Part shown: one piece after another, positions 46,283 through 60,862 of the stretch
Layout: each line of letters begins with the position of its first letter
Numbering within the stretch: the stretch's first letter is position 1
NCBI GenBank assembly: GCA_024704765.1
Contig: JAKMXF010000350.1
Location: 38,913 to 102,912 of the forward strand
Source of the DNA: Oopsacas minuta
Lineage: Eukaryota; Animalia; Porifera
Reading direction: 5' to 3'
Length of the DNA: 64,000 nt
The notes under the pieces: model-generated
Database searches by the model: none
What the model saw: only the letters and a program-made list of their open reading frames with translations
What the model was told of the DNA's origin: nothing
Translations under genes and position numbers: made by a program

Positions 46283-46884
46283 TTATGAGGGTAAGCTAGT
46301 ACCTGGCCTGTAATTAATGAGGTAGCCTGGATAAGCTAATCCATTTTCGTATAGAATATATACCTTAGTACCAGCTGGGTGTATGCCAGTTACAGAGTGG
46401 TAGCCTTGTCGAGGTCCAAGTAACTCAGAATTAGCCTCCTCATACCTTGCGTTTCCCACAAACACTTTAGAGAGAAACATAGAACAAATACCCGTGCTGT
46501 CCTTATAAGCGAGACCATGTGAGTATGAAGCATTTTGTGCGAAATATATCCCTCTACCCCACATACCCTCCTTAGCATACTTAACATTAAACCCTACAGG
46601 ATCTTGTATGATGACCTCAGGATCTGTGCTAGAGGATCCATGGAAAAGTGGTTTGATTAAAAGTGTGTTTTCTCTAAAATTCGAACTTCCATCATCACCA
46701 TCTTGAGGCTCAATTTTTCTCTTAATATTCTTAACAAAATTGTCCCAGCATGTCTTGTGGTGTATCTTGAGTACAGTCATTATCGTAGCATTAGGTAGAG
46801 TATTCATAAAGTTTCTAGCTACAGCAGAATATTCATCACTATCTGGTAGTAATTCTTCTTTAGTCAGGGTCGGGTATAGATCAA
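46283..46884 (-). CDS. PARP-family mono-ADP-ribosyltransferase catalytic domain; 5' end unresolved
   Basis: PARP catalytic signatures LFHGSS (His), WGRGIYFA (Tyr) and VYILYENG...YLINY, with Val at the PARP1 E988 position. That is an H-Y-hydrophobic triad typical of mono-ARTs. The ORF has no ATG until residue 33. A pyrimidine-rich acceptor, ctaccccaatctag|TT, suggests an unresolved upstream exon. Confidence 0.55.
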
Positions 46885-47036
46885 CTAGATTGGGGTAGAG
46901 CAATTAATATTGTTACTAATCATAAATGTAAAAAGTACACACGATTAGAGCCTGCTAGCCTGAGGTCGAATTATTATCTAAATTGACGGCAGTCAGCAGT
47001 ATTTTTGACTTTAGGTAATCTATAGCTAATTAGCTA

Positions 47037-47366
47037 TACCTATTATTAAATATCAAATGTTATTCGTCTGAGTGTTTGTCCGTTGTCAAGGAAAGGATTT
47101 ATGGTATGCTATTTGAATTCGTATTTTGCAAAACCCAGATGTAGTAAAACTATGACTTTATCGTGTTCACCAAATGATTCAACACACTTTACCCCAGTGT
47201 AGCTTTTTGAGAGCATGTACGTCTCTCATGTATTCTGAGATGGATCGAATTTGTTTACTTAATAATCATAAACGAAACAATAAAAATAGTATGCCATAAA
47301 TCCTTTCCTTGATAACGGACAAACAAGCAGAAAGACAGACAACAATTGAGAATTAATAATATAGAT
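47037..47366. mobile_element. MITE family A, complete copy with ~70-bp terminal inverted repeats
   Basis: The 5' end tattattaaat...gtttgtccgttgtcaaggaaaggatttatggtatgc and the 3' end gcataccataaatcctttccttgataacggacaaac...aattaataatatagat are reverse complements of each other. Confidence 0.75.
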
Positions 47367-47386
47367 AATGAACGTGTAAATATGTA

Positions 47387-50300
47387 TTAACCAACTGTGG
47401 CCCCAAAGGAGCCGATTTTATCGCGAAGCGACTGGCCCAAGCCCCATAGTTTAATAATAAACAATAAATGTTCCTTACAATTCTCTATCTGTGTCATCAT
47501 GAGAGATTGAGCTGTAGGCTGTATCCATATCTTATCGTCTTCGCTGAACATTAATTCTTTGAAAGTAGGAAATTCAGATTTCACAATTCCTAATATGTCA
47601 GACGTATTCTTAATAGCTTCTCTCGCAGTGGTAACTGAAATATGCTCCATTGGTATACAACAACCAATCCCTGGTGTCATTAACGGATTTTTAGCATTTT
47701 CATCAAAGTTTATCAGAGACACACAGAGAGAACTGAAGTTGTTATAAGCTATCGTAGATTTGAAAAATATCTTGACAATATCCAATAAGATGTCTAGGTT
47801 CCTCTGACAAGATATATTAGCCTTGTTGTATTTGTTAATATAGAGAATAGCAATACAAGTCTTCATTGCACACTCAAAACAGTTGGCACAAGCGTGTGGT
47901 GGGAATATTGCACCATCAGCCTCCTCACAAACTAACTTCTTAGCTGCTCTCAAATCGCATTGAGCCGTGCGGATCCATAGTTTTGCAATGAATTTATCTT
48001 CATTTGAGATTACAGCAGAGATTGTATTAGAGATAAGTCTTATAGGAGGAGTGTGAATTATTTGTAATAATGTTGCTCTTGTTACACCAGCTGGACGAGT
48101 AGCTGTCGGGTAATGAGATGTAGAAGTACTGCTTGGAGTGAGTCGTGATGAGCTAATGGGTGTGGTACGCATTACCAAAGATGTGGAACTTTTCACCGAT
48201 GGTAGGTTAATATCATCGATAAATGGACAGGCTTGTATGTTAAAGGAGTCTAATTTCTTCATAATATCACAAGTATTATCACAAGATAAACATAGTTGAA
48301 GAGCAAATAACATATCACTGAATATATTCCCAAAATGTAGATTTAGTGCATAGGTCAGGTCATGGAAGAAATTCACGTTTTTAATATTTCCACCATTTGC
48401 ATATAAAACTGAGTTTTCAATAAAACAATCGTAAATTCCATCTTTGGTAATTACAGCACCACCTGCAACCTCAGTGATTTGCATTGAGAGCGTAGATACT
48501 ATTGTGATTGATAATTTTTGTAAAATTTGAAAACAAGTCAAATACAGAGGATCATTTGCAATCCCTGGTTCCTTAGAGATATCCTTTACATTACCATTCT
48601 TTATACGAATTAGACTTAGATCGCCTTTTCCATCAGCTATGTTGGAATGATAATAAATACGAATTAGTCCTTTAGCAAATTCTCTACACTTAAGCAAGTA
48701 TTCCATCTCAAGACACTCATTTCTATACCGTGATATCGTGCCAGCATTCTTTAAAGCAGGATCTAAAGTCGCACTGATAATCTCACTCAAGTGTTTAATT
48801 TTGAGAGAAACAGGTGGTTTACATGACCCCAGAGAGTTCGGAGGTAATTCAAGCAAAAACTGAAGGTTGGAAAGACTCGGGAAACTTTCTATATGTATCT
48901 TAAGTCTTGTATTATCAATATATACTACGTTAGGTATAGGGACAATTTCATAAATATCAGATAATACCATTGTGTTCAGAGGATCTATATTAATAGTACA
49001 GTTAGACTGTTCTGCTTTCCTTAGGGTACTGATAAACAGTTGAAATGTTGTTTTACTAATCTCCTTCCTCTGTTCATTTCTCAGAGGCCTATCATGGTAG
49101 ATATCATTCATAACAGCTGCGTAATGAAAATAATCAGCTGATTCACTCACTCCTACAAGTTTCAGAAATGCATGATAACTCTTGAGAGCATCTGGAACTT
49201 TGAATAAATACTCGAGTATTATCGTGTTTAATGAAAATACCATGTTCCTGGGATAGAACAGTTTGTTTTCATAATAAATGCATTTAATATTGGTAAACTT
49301 GTTTTTCAAATTTTGACTACAATTTTCTTGTAAGAATCCATAAGTTTCAATGAATAAATTGTCCATAATTGAGTGATGATGAACGTGAATTTCGTTAAAA
49401 TTATCACAAATCAACTCAAGATGGCTTATAACAGTTTGTATGTCAGGTTTGGAACGGATATTCAGATATAATTCTGTATTATATTTTTTAGTGTATGTGT
49501 AACAATCGGAAACTAATGGATTATGGATATGTGTAGCCATGCAGCAAGAGTATTTGAATTCACACAACTCAGCCTTACTAAAGCTCGATATTATTTGAGT
49601 ATTTGCACTAGAGTTTGGGATACATTTCCAAACAGGTAGGAATTCAATTTTAGATAATTGTTGTAGTAGAGATGTATTATGAATATTCAAATTAATACCC
49701 TTAGATATCAACTGAGCTAGTGCAGATAGAGGTACAAGATAATCACTTGATGTGTAGATAAATTTTCTACTTTCTATCTTCTGGGCAGCTGTGAGTATTG
49801 ATTCTAGATCTGCTTTATCATGCAAGCCAAGATTACATAAAATCTGAGAACAATTTCTATAACCATAAGTGTTAGACCATTCATTGGGTAAGAGGTCTTC
49901 TGAAAAGAATATTTTGAACAATCCTACTTCTGGTGAATAGCAGTCACTGACTAATCTATTTCTATGAATAAACCTTACAGATTTGAGTTTATGAATAAAA
50001 TCCATTTCATAAGATGTAGGAGTATTTTGAATAAATAGAAGTAATTCTCTTTGCCCATTAATGTCAAGTTGTGTAAAATATCGCAAGACATAGACTAGGA
50101 AGAAATCACTCTCAGTCACCATGTGTATTCTAAGAGTTTTTGCGATGTGTTTAATAAGTGCTTCTTGTTTTTTAGAAGCCTTAAATATTGTAACTCTTTC
50201 GTTAGTTAGTTTGTTGATCAGTAAGGCTCCAATGTTATATGTAGAATTGTGAATGTAAAAGTTATCAAATTGAGCTATACAACACAATACATCTTGGTGG

Positions 50301-53300
50301 GATAAAAATATCTTCAGTAGAGAGATTATCCTTATCTCCTCACTCGTTAACTCATTTAACTTAGTATTAGGCAATAGATTCCTCAGTGAAGTAGCCTCGC
50401 TCTTATCAAATCTCACACATTCTATATTAATGTCAGATAGTTTTACTGCTGATATGAATAGAGGGAAAGTTATAGTACTGGAGATGACTAGAGGCTGTAA
50501 ATACATTGCTAGCGTACTCACATCGAAATCATCTTTAGCTAGTTTGTCTAGACATAATACATAACAATTCAGTTTAATCAAGGAGCTGTATAGCTCTTTA
50601 TTGGAAGATGCGTTACTTGAGGTATTGAGTATAGCAGGTAGATTTGATATCAACGTATACTCTCCAGCAGGGTTATTCTTAATAGGAACTAAAGGAAATT
50701 TCCCAAATTTCTGTATTAAATCATAGGATTGGAGTCCTGATTGAAGTATGAATTTCCAAAACAAACAACATTCCTGTAGCTGGAATTCCTTAACTTCTAA
50801 ATTATTCGATAAATAATCAGGTGAAAGTTCTTGCATAAAACCATGCGCACATAGTATTTGTATGCTATTGATAGGAAATATAGATGAAACAAACATTCCA
50901 GCACGATGAGGAAGTAGACTCCCGTATGCAGGCGTGAATGTAGGTTTAGTTTTAGTAAAATGTCCCAATCCTCCATTAAAATCAATCTTTAATGGAATTT
51001 TCTGAAATAATAGAATACATTCAGGTTTGGCTGAGAACAGATATTCTAATAAAATATCTATTTCCTTCATACTTAATATGAGAGCATTAAAAGCAGTATA
51101 TTCAATTCGGTTGAGGAATGATAGTAAAATAGTTTGATCCAATCTAGTTAGGTAACATGAAAATTTCTTAAAACTGTGATAAATGTGATCTGGGGCACCA
51201 GTTAAAGGTAATCTCAATTTCTTGAGAGTTAAATATAGTGAGTCTTGCTCTAAAGAGTGTTTCCGACTCTTACTAGCAGACAAAAGATTATGTGATGATG
51301 AGATACCAGATAATCTTCTAGAGCTATCTGGGAATATTCCTCCATGCTCTCCATGTAGAGGATGCAAACGCTCATAGCATCCGCTGCTGATGAGTATTTT
51401 CTCATTACTACTATACATTAGAATGTATAACTCCTTACATAGTGCGTATAGGAAGTTGGTATACACTTGATTACCTTCAATAAGTTTACCCATGTCTGGG
51501 TATAGAGAGTAGTACCAGTCGTAGTAATCAGAATCTATAAAATTTGTTAACTCAGTATCCGCTCTACTCTTTAGATAGATAAGTAAAGAAGCAAATAGCG
51601 GTGCTATCACGTGCTGGATAATAGATGAATGCCAAACATCTTCCCACTCCAATTTTTCAGGAGAATCTCCACTCACATCTCTGAAGCGAATGTGCTGTCT
51701 CTCAGGCTCAAGGATAAAAGGAGCATTAATCAGAATTGGAAAGTTCACAGATCTATCATCCCCTATCGGGAGATAAGAATACAAACAGCTTCCTCCTGTT
51801 GGTGTCCTGCAGCTTGCATCAGTTGGAACATGTACCGCTATTCCACCATACACTTGATGAGTTAATTTTTCTCTCTCATAAATACTTTTGTATTTAGTAA
51901 TTTGAGGAGAACATTTTTCTAGATCCTTCATAGACCCTTCATGCGTGAATAGGATCCATGAAGATGTATGTGGATAGCTTCTATTTCTTTTTCCAAGAAT
52001 ACTAACATTTGGTTGATTTGGTGAGATTGTTGTAAATTTTTCATGTATTATTTCTCTTTTTGTAATCTGTATAGTATTCAAGAATTTACAATTGAGTGAA
52101 ATTGGAGGTGGATATGGATTCAGGGGGGTAACCAGTAATTTAAATGTACCCATCATAGTTGTGCTATCTTTATCACGTTTGTAGATTGATATTCTCTGAA
52201 TATTATTTAAAAAGAGATTGAAATTTGACGAGTTTTTAAGAAAATCAGATAATATTTTCTCGACTTCAGTTTCAATACTAGATTCCATAATAGGAATTCT
52301 AAAGATAGTATAATCTCCATTGGTTAAGGTAGGGAATGTATTAGCGGATGTAGTGTTGAGAGATTCTAGAGAGTATGGAATAAACTGGTCAGGGAATTGA
52401 TCTATGTTTTCTGACTTAAAAGTAAATTTCATTCCAGGTAAGTTCTGAGGAGGGAGTATTAGGAATTTACGAAAAGGATCAAAAATACAAAAATAAATTT
52501 CTCCACCGTTATTCCTTCGTGTTAGTAAACAAGGAGAATCAGTTAAATTATAAACAGCATTAAATCCTAGCCCAAATTTCCCAATCGTATGGCTGTCCTT
52601 TTTACCACCAAGACCAACTGACTGTATTCCTTGTAAATCTTTATCACTGAACGTACTATTGTTATACACAAGTAATGATGTATACTGCTGGTATTTGTGC
52701 CAGTTTGGCTGTTCATTCTCGCTCAAACATAGGGTGTTAGTCCTAGAAGAATATTCTGTAGTATCTAGTATAAAAGCTACTTCTGTTGCTCCAGCATCTT
52801 CTGCATTCTGTAACAGCTCTTTGAGTATTGTAGTACCACATGGAAATGCTCGCTTAAGGCCTCTAATTCTATCAGCGATATCTTCATACTGTCCAAACTC
52901 TTCAAACGCAGAACTTGTGTAATATTCACTTCGCTTACTCCTTGCACCGAGATTAAAGGCTGCTATCGGGTGAATGCGTTTATGAACTGTATTGGATCTG
53001 TTCAGAGAGGGAGGGTATCCTGTCTCCTCCCAAGGCATATCATTGATCACTAATTCACAGCCAGGGCACAGTTGTAATTCTGTTGAGAGGAGAACTTGTT
53101 TAGGATTGTTAGAAAATAGATATTTTTGAACATTATGGAAAAATAAATTGGTGAGTACAATAATAAGATCAATAAGGAGTTCGTCATGGATATTAGAATT
53201 CTCTCTAGCAATAAGATGTAATATCCTGTGAGCATCTGTTTGTGAAATATTTTCCTTTATTTCTAATCTTTGTAAGAATGATTCCCTTAATCCCTTATTC

Positions 53301-56300
53301 TCATAATTCAGTTTGTAAGGAAATGTTAAAAGGAATTTACAACTGTAATGAGAGAATTTCTCAGAACTGACTATATACGATGTATGACGAAATGATCCAG
53401 AAACTGGATGCCAAATGTAATTAAGAGTTTCTATAGAAACGGCAGGATCGTTTACCCAGTGTTTGAATATGGTAGTGTATATATTTTCTGCCCTTGCTGA
53501 TAATTCATTTTGAAGATTAAAGGAATGAATTTGGCCTTCTTTTTCTCTCAAGCTCTGTAATAATGAGGCGAGTGTGCGAATATTAATAGATTTCCATGCT
53601 TCGCGGATAGACAGGAATGTTTCAATACATTTAAGTTTGTCCACTTCTTTTGTAACAGCGTAACAATTTGTAGACATGAGGTACCGTAGGTCATAAGAGT
53701 AACATTGACTCGGACTAGCAAACTGAGTACATCTTTGTAATCCTAGTCGTATGAGAAATAAATCATTCCAAACAGGAATTAATTTAATGTTCACTAATTT
53801 GCTTTGTATCAATTTTAAATCCCTGTCTTCGTAGCCAGAAGGAGATGATGAAGACATATTGTTAAGATACTGAAGGATAGTCATACAATGTTCAAATCTT
53901 CTTGGATTTAAGAAACTTATCTGACATTCACAACGTTCAATGAGATCTGATACTGGTAATGTATTCTCAATTATTTTTAATATCTTCAAAGCTTTGTAAT
54001 GAATTGTTTTTGGTGCAAATAACTTGTCTAAATCTGGATGAATAGTTCTCTTATCACTAGGACAATATAGTCTAGCTACAGGTGAGCGGGGGCTAATTAC
54101 CTCTGAAGGTTCGAGAAGTGAGTAATCTTCTCCGGCACCACACGGAATACATGGTACATTAGAGAATAACTCTTTGACCCAGTTTTGAGATCCTTTGTGT
54201 ATAACTGGTAACAAGGATGTGAGTACTAGTTTAATATCTGGGAATGAAAATGTAGAAAAATTAGGGAAAATAACTTCACGACAAATTCTTTCCAAACTAA
54301 AAATCTTGTCTTTATTATTTTGCAAAATAATATGAAATAGATGAGTTGATTGTAAGCTAATACCTAAGTCTACTAAAGATATATTAAATTGTAAACATTT
54401 TCTTCTAGCAAAGTTATAAAACTCTTTCAAAGAATTGAAGTCGGAATAATCCTCATAAAATATAAAGTTAGCTTCATTATAACCAATCCACTCATTTCCC
54501 AAGCCGTAATAGAATAGAGGTGTATCAGTATTCATGACTCTAATAGCAAATGCTTTAGGAAATTCTCTCCAAATGATTAAATGAGGTTGAGCGTTGAGAG
54601 GCCACAAACGATAGAACTCATATATTTGTTCTTTTCCTTTAGAAAACTCCCCTCTTATTTGAACAAACAAATTGATAAATGTATTTACAAGGCTGTCATT
54701 GACAAGAGCTATATTCCATGTAGTCCTGTCACTACCATCCTCAGTACATGCTATTCCTCTTCTAGATTGATCTAATGCAAAACACCCGTTGATGTACATG
54801 GGATAAGGTGAAGTGACAGGTAGAGGTAGATAACAGTACATGTAGTAGTTATTTTTCTTTGGAGGAGATTTTCCTATTGAATTAAGGGGAAGTGCAACTG
54901 AAGTAACAGGCATGTAATTTGATATCTTTCTATGCGAATTTTCCTCCAGAAACTCTATACATTGCTGAATTCCAGTCGAATAGGAAATAATGAAACTTTT
55001 TGATTCCTTTCCTGAAAGTCTTTCACATGTGATAGTAACCTTTTGATGATGCACAACAGGTGTAACATTAGGGGTAGTCAATAACTCGTCAAAATGAGCC
55101 AAGTTTTTAGAAATAAAAGTTTCATGAAGTTCAAATGGCTGTGTAATTTCCTTTTTAGACACTTTCAGAAGCAGAACTGGTTTCGAAGTTAGTGGTTTTT
55201 CGTATATTTCAATACATTTAATATGCTGAAGGAAACGAATGCTTGATTCAGCTTCCAATAATATCCGTGATTTTAGTTCCCCTATCGCAGAGCTATTATA
55301 GACAGTACCGGATATATCAGATGACACAGTACGGAATGGTAATCGAAAGAGAGTTCCATTGAATGGTTCAGGATCAAAAACATCACAGCCAAATAATTTT
55401 AGGTTAAAAACACTGAATTGATCTCGAAACTCAAACGTTTCGGTATTGTTAAGTACAAAATCGACCTGAATACCTGGAGGGTTACTTCGATGAAGAAACT
55501 TCCTATTAGGATCCAACATGTGTATATACCTCCCACTCACAAAACTAGGTAAATCTGTCAAATGGTAAACTGTGTTGAAACCTAATCCGAATTTTCCGAT
55601 TTTCAATTTATCTTCAAGTTTCGTTTCACCAAAAATTTCCATTATGTTATCAAAGTCAGCATCTGTGAATTGTGCATCATCATAGAAATACAAAGCAGGA
55701 CCTTGCCATTGCTTCATTGTAGGCTCTATGAGTGAATCTGTAGGGAAACTATTATAATCAATGAGAATACGGGCTGTATTAGCTTTAGCGTCATCTGCGT
55801 TCTGTAATAATTCCTTGTAAACATCAATATTTGATTCATATTCCTTTAGAATACTACGTAACCGGGTGGTTAACTCTTCAAACTGACCTTTGAATTTAAA
55901 GAAACCCAACTGATCACCCAACATTGTTAGTTTAAATGATGTGGCTCCAAATTTTAAAGCAACAAGTCTAGATATATTGGAGTTTACGATAAAATACATC
56001 TTATCATTTTTATTAACTTGAGATTCCTTTGAGGATTGTAAAGGATTGTCATATACCACACACTCGGTGGCTAAATGAAGCAGATTATCAACTCCCAATA
56101 GGAAATGATCGCTAAATGATTGAGTCTGAGAATTATAGAGACTATGGATTATGTTAAGGATGAGTTTTACATTATGAGGTCTAGAATCCATAGATTGGGA
56201 TTGATATAAGGTATCCAAAATCTGGTATAATTGATTATCAGAGAGAGATTCATTTGCTCCACAGTTTTCGAATAATTTCCAAGCAGCTTCAGAGTAATTC

Positions 56301-59300
56301 AGCTTTTCAAAGGAATAATAAAATGGCTCTAGAGAATAATCTAAGTTTCTAGCAACTAGTTTCGCTTCAATAAAACTATTTGTATGTTTCACATACACAA
56401 AATGTGTTACTATCTCATCTATCACTGTTAGGATAGATGGTGAAGAATAAATTCTATTTAATAAAGAGTGAATCCTTTTTGGGTCGGATGAGTGGATTGA
56501 TGTGAGTGAAATTTTATTTAATTGTTCAGCCATCATTCCACCTGTTACTTCAGTATTACAATTGAGATGATTCAGTAGTTCATTAGATTGATTGTCTTGA
56601 TAAGATGGGAAGAATTGTACACATATCCTTACACTGGCAATAAGGGAAATATCTATATCGTTACAGAACACGACTGACTGTAGTTGAGTTAACTTACGTT
56701 CTCCTAAGAAGGGTATACATTTGGGGTAATCACCAGGACGAGTATATGATGGTAACACAATACTACTACTCAACAGGATTCTAGAAATTGGATCAGTGTT
56801 AAGGTTTGAACTTTTCCAGCAAGATGTAACAAATTGAAGAAGTGTAGAAAAACGTTTTCTCCATAATTCATTGCAATTAGGAACATTAATATCCAAATGG
56901 AAATAACATACAGCTGATTGTGTAACTGCTTCAAACATTTTCTGATTAGTTAGTTGTGTGGAAATGAAAAAAAGTTCCAACTTCTTTGCCATGTGAAAAT
57001 AATCTTTGTAGTCTTTATGAACGAAGAAATTAGATTTAGAAGGTAAGAGTATTTTTAACATATCATCATCAGGATAGAACAGCTGATTAGGCTGACGATA
57101 GTTACAAGGTTGTGATATGGAATTTGAATTGTCTACAATCCATTTAGTAGTTTTCAAAACCTGAATATTTTGATAACTTACTTTATCCAGATTGTTTAAC
57201 AGCCATATACTCAAATTAAAATGTTGAACAAACATATTAGTCTCAATCATAACTTGCATGAATGGTAATATATTATTTATAAGGAAATTGTTAAAATCTG
57301 GAGCAGTTATACCCAACTTTCCATATAACGTATTTACATTGTAGATATCTGGAGATAGAAAATTAGCTGGATACTGAAACTGTGAGGGAAGGTAAATATT
57401 ACCTGGTACTCTCACAAATGTAGATACAGCGATAGAAATATGATTCCCGTTAATAGTCGGGAATATTGGGAGCTTCTTAATTAATTGTATTTGATTATTA
57501 GTAAATCGGGAATCGTTGTTCAGAATATCGATAATGAGTTCGAAAAGTTGTTCATTCGTATCTTTTCTGAGTTTGTTAATAAACGTATTTAAGATGTTAT
57601 TGTTTGTCTGCAATAGAGTCAATAATCCATTTGGAATAGGACTAAGGACTAAACTATCTAAACATTCGACAAATTTATGTGAGTGTATAAATACACTCCC
57701 ACATTCTAGCAGTATATTCTCTAAGGGTTTGCACTTATCACCTGTAGAACATTGAATGTAATTGCTACTAGTATTAGATGAAACAATAGGCAAGAGTTGG
57801 TTATTGATTGAATACAAGTCATGCGTTGGGAGCAAGGGTAGATCACCTAGGGATCTAGCAAGGTTCTCATCAGATCCTATAAAAGACCATACGAGTTTTA
57901 TCCAGGATTTATTGAAGGGAAAAAAGTTAGGATTCCATTTTAATGGGGGGGTCGTAATCATAAAATGTGATTTTATTGATAATTCGAATAAACGTTTCAA
58001 TAAATCTAAATCTGTTTTGATGTTAGATATATCTTTGAGGTTAATCTTTCCTTTACATGTGTGAGATAACATTAAGATACGAGAATATATTTCAGTAGGT
58101 ATACCTCGATCTACAAATGAGCCTTCTGTTCCAGGGAAAAGGTTAACAAAATCAAAAGTATCATCATAAACATAATAATAAGTTTTTGGATTAATAGAAA
58201 ATTTGAAAATATGTGGAGTAGCTACTTTCAAAAGTGGGATACTATCAAGTTGATTCGAAAAATTACTATTATGAACTGTAAAGTCTGATAAAATGAAATT
58301 TAGAATAACAAATGTATGATCTTTAAGATTTGCAATAAAAAATACATTCAATGCAGGATTATTTGAGTGTTTCACCAACAGCTGACGAAGTAGAGCGGGT
58401 GTTACTCTACGTCTATCAATATCATTCTTAACAGAATCTATTCTGTTAAATAAAGTTAGGATAGTTTTAGGAAGAAGGACTAAGGGTTCTTTTAAAAGTT
58501 TCAAGAGCTTTTCTAACGGGCAATTAATATTAGTATTAACATCAGATAGGTATATTCCTTCTTCAATTTTAATCCATTCATTCGTAATGCAAGAATATAC
58601 AATTTTCTCATTCGCTAAAATCCTTAATCCCTGGTCAATTAATATAGAGGATTGCTTCTTCAACGTACTTGCTCCCAGCATTTGATAATGGTAGTTACCA
58701 GGGTTGCCATGATGAAAAGAGTTGAGGAGAATACTGTAGAAGATAGCGTAAGCACTCACACCAAGCTGTTCTATCAATAATTTATTCCAAGTAGAGTCTG
58801 TGTCTTGTGAGTCAACACTCGGCCATTTGATTTGACGTCTGTCATTTGACAAAGCAAAGTATCCATGTAAATTAAAAGGTAGATCTGTAGGTTCAGGAGT
58901 AGGAAGAAAACAGAATAATTTACCAGTATCAGCTGATAGTTTATGATTAAAACGAACTGTTAAGTGAAAATTAAAATTTTCAAGAATTCTATAAATAAAA
59001 TCCAGAAGGTTATTTCCGTCCCAATCATCTTGGAAGTTCATAGCTTTTGATGTACCAAGTTGATCACTTGTTATACCAGTTTCCATTGCTATTCCTATCC
59101 ATGGTAGATAATTAAGGTTACTCTTAGAATAAAATTCATAAAGTTCAGTTTGTGATTGAGGAAATCCGATCATATTTAAAACGAGCCATACTTTATCCTC
59201 TCTGCTATTCAATGAAGAAATAGGAAATAAATTTATCGTCACTTTGATAGATTTGTGAAAATTCTTTTGCTCAACATGATTTGATAGTAATCTATTAGAG

Positions 59301-59721
59301 TACACTACGTCATCAATATAATTATTTGGTATGTTAATAGAGAATATCTTCTTCGTCTCAATTCCAGATTTTGTGTAAAGAGTAATTGACTTAATATTTT
59401 TAAGAAATATTAGAATATTACTAGATTCCTCTTGCAAAGGTTTAAATAATTTAGCCATAACACTATCAGCTGTGTATAGCCCAGCTGGTTTGATTTTAGA
59501 TTTTGATTGTTTGTTTCGAAGTGGAAATCTGAATATTGTCCCGTCATACTTACTAAGGCCATTATAATCGAAATAAGAACGGAAACAATTCTGATGAGCA
59601 GAATATACTGGATCTTTAAAGAACTTTTTCAGTTTTATTCTCTTCCCCGGTTCATTAGGATATATCTGTTGCTGTGGATCCAATATTCCAATACTGTTAT
59701 TACTCAAAATCATAGGGACAT
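47387..59721 (-). CDS. SACS: Sacsin-like giant protein, terminal 12.3-kb exon (HSP90-like ATPase sacsin-repeat modules 2 and 3, HEPN-like C-terminus)
   Basis: 4108-aa uninterrupted ORF. It contains LLQNADDAKANTARILIDY and ILKELLQNAEDAGATEVAFILD with downstream GKFGLGFN motifs (sacsin SRR). Acceptor ttctattctgaatag|AT continues the frame as ...ITD-VPMILSNNSIGILDP, matching sacsin ITDVPCIFSGDQIGMLDP. Confidence 0.85.
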
Positions 59722-60055
59722 CTATTCAGAATAGAATAAATAAATTATCATAACAATATCACTGCTTAGACCGTAAAAAAATACACTTGCCTCCTATCAC
59801 AACTCGTTCCCACCCAACCAACGAAATTAATGTGCAGTGTACACGACATATCCAGATCCCTGGTATGCGATAGAATATGAAGGATAAACTATCAACTGTA
59901 TAGCTTGATACATATACAATACTTAACCATAGCTAATACATGGCTATTCCTAATATAAAAATACGATGCTGTTCCCTGTTCATGACAAACAATGGATGAA
60001 ATACAATAGTAATTTACTATGCATGGCTGAATTATATAATATACTATCATAATAC

Positions 60056-60314
60056 CTGTAATATGATAGACAGCTACAAATCCCAATCCAAATCTACCAA
60101 CTTTCAAAGTTTCTTCTACTTTACCACTAATCCCAATATTCCTGATCCCCTCCCAATCACGTGTTTTGAATTTAGCATTATTCCATGAGTATAGAGCTTC
60201 TCCCTGATACAATGAACATACAGGCTTTATAAGATTAACACAGCTGTGTTTAGTGTAATCTAGAAGGAAAGCTACCGAGGTAGCTTCTGCATCATCTGCA
60301 TTCTGTATTATCTC
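60056..60314 (-). CDS. SACS: Sacsin-like gene, exon 3 (first HATPase-like module)
   Basis: EIIQNADDAEATSVAFLLDY...LKVGRFGLGFVAVYHIT. It is flanked by acceptor atctatctag| and donor ACAG|GTATTA, and the phase is consistent with its neighbours. Confidence 0.75.
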
Positions 60315-60770
60315 CTAGATAGATATCAATAATTGAGTATAATGACATGCTTCAAAAATCACAATAATAGAGTTTCAAGTTAAAATAAATATACGATATA
60401 AGAACGAGAATCTGAATATCGAATTCATTGTTTGTTATCAAAGCGTTTGGATAAGGTATTACATGAGTAATAGAGGTTGTAACGTAAAAGCATCGGAAGG
60501 GTTAGGATGGTGAGATTACTACCAAATGATTCAAGGTATGAAGTGAGGTAGAATCCGTAAAGCGACTATTTGAGGGAATTTACAATGCTACATGCTCCAG
60601 CTAGAGATAAGTGGACACTTGGTCCTCGGTAAGTTCGTAGCTAACAATTCTCTATGAAAATTGTATATTGAGTACTTATACTAACTTACTAAGTAGTAAT
60701 AGTTAGAATAAAACACAAAAATCGCTATGGAGGAATTCAGGACAGCTTTCTACACGTAAATAGTACATAC

Positions 60771-60862
60771 CTTCAGGATTTGACTCCCATCTGGATAACT
60801 GTTAAGAATACCTTTAATATACTCTATTAGAGGAGGAGTCCTCTGGCCAAAGTCTCTCTCAT
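60771..60862 (-). CDS. SACS: Sacsin-like gene, exon 2
   Basis: ERDFGQRTPPLIEYIKGILNSYPDGSQILK matches the sacsin N-terminus [28 protein letters not shown]. Acceptor ttctgttcacag|, donor AAG|GTATGT. Confidence 0.75.
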
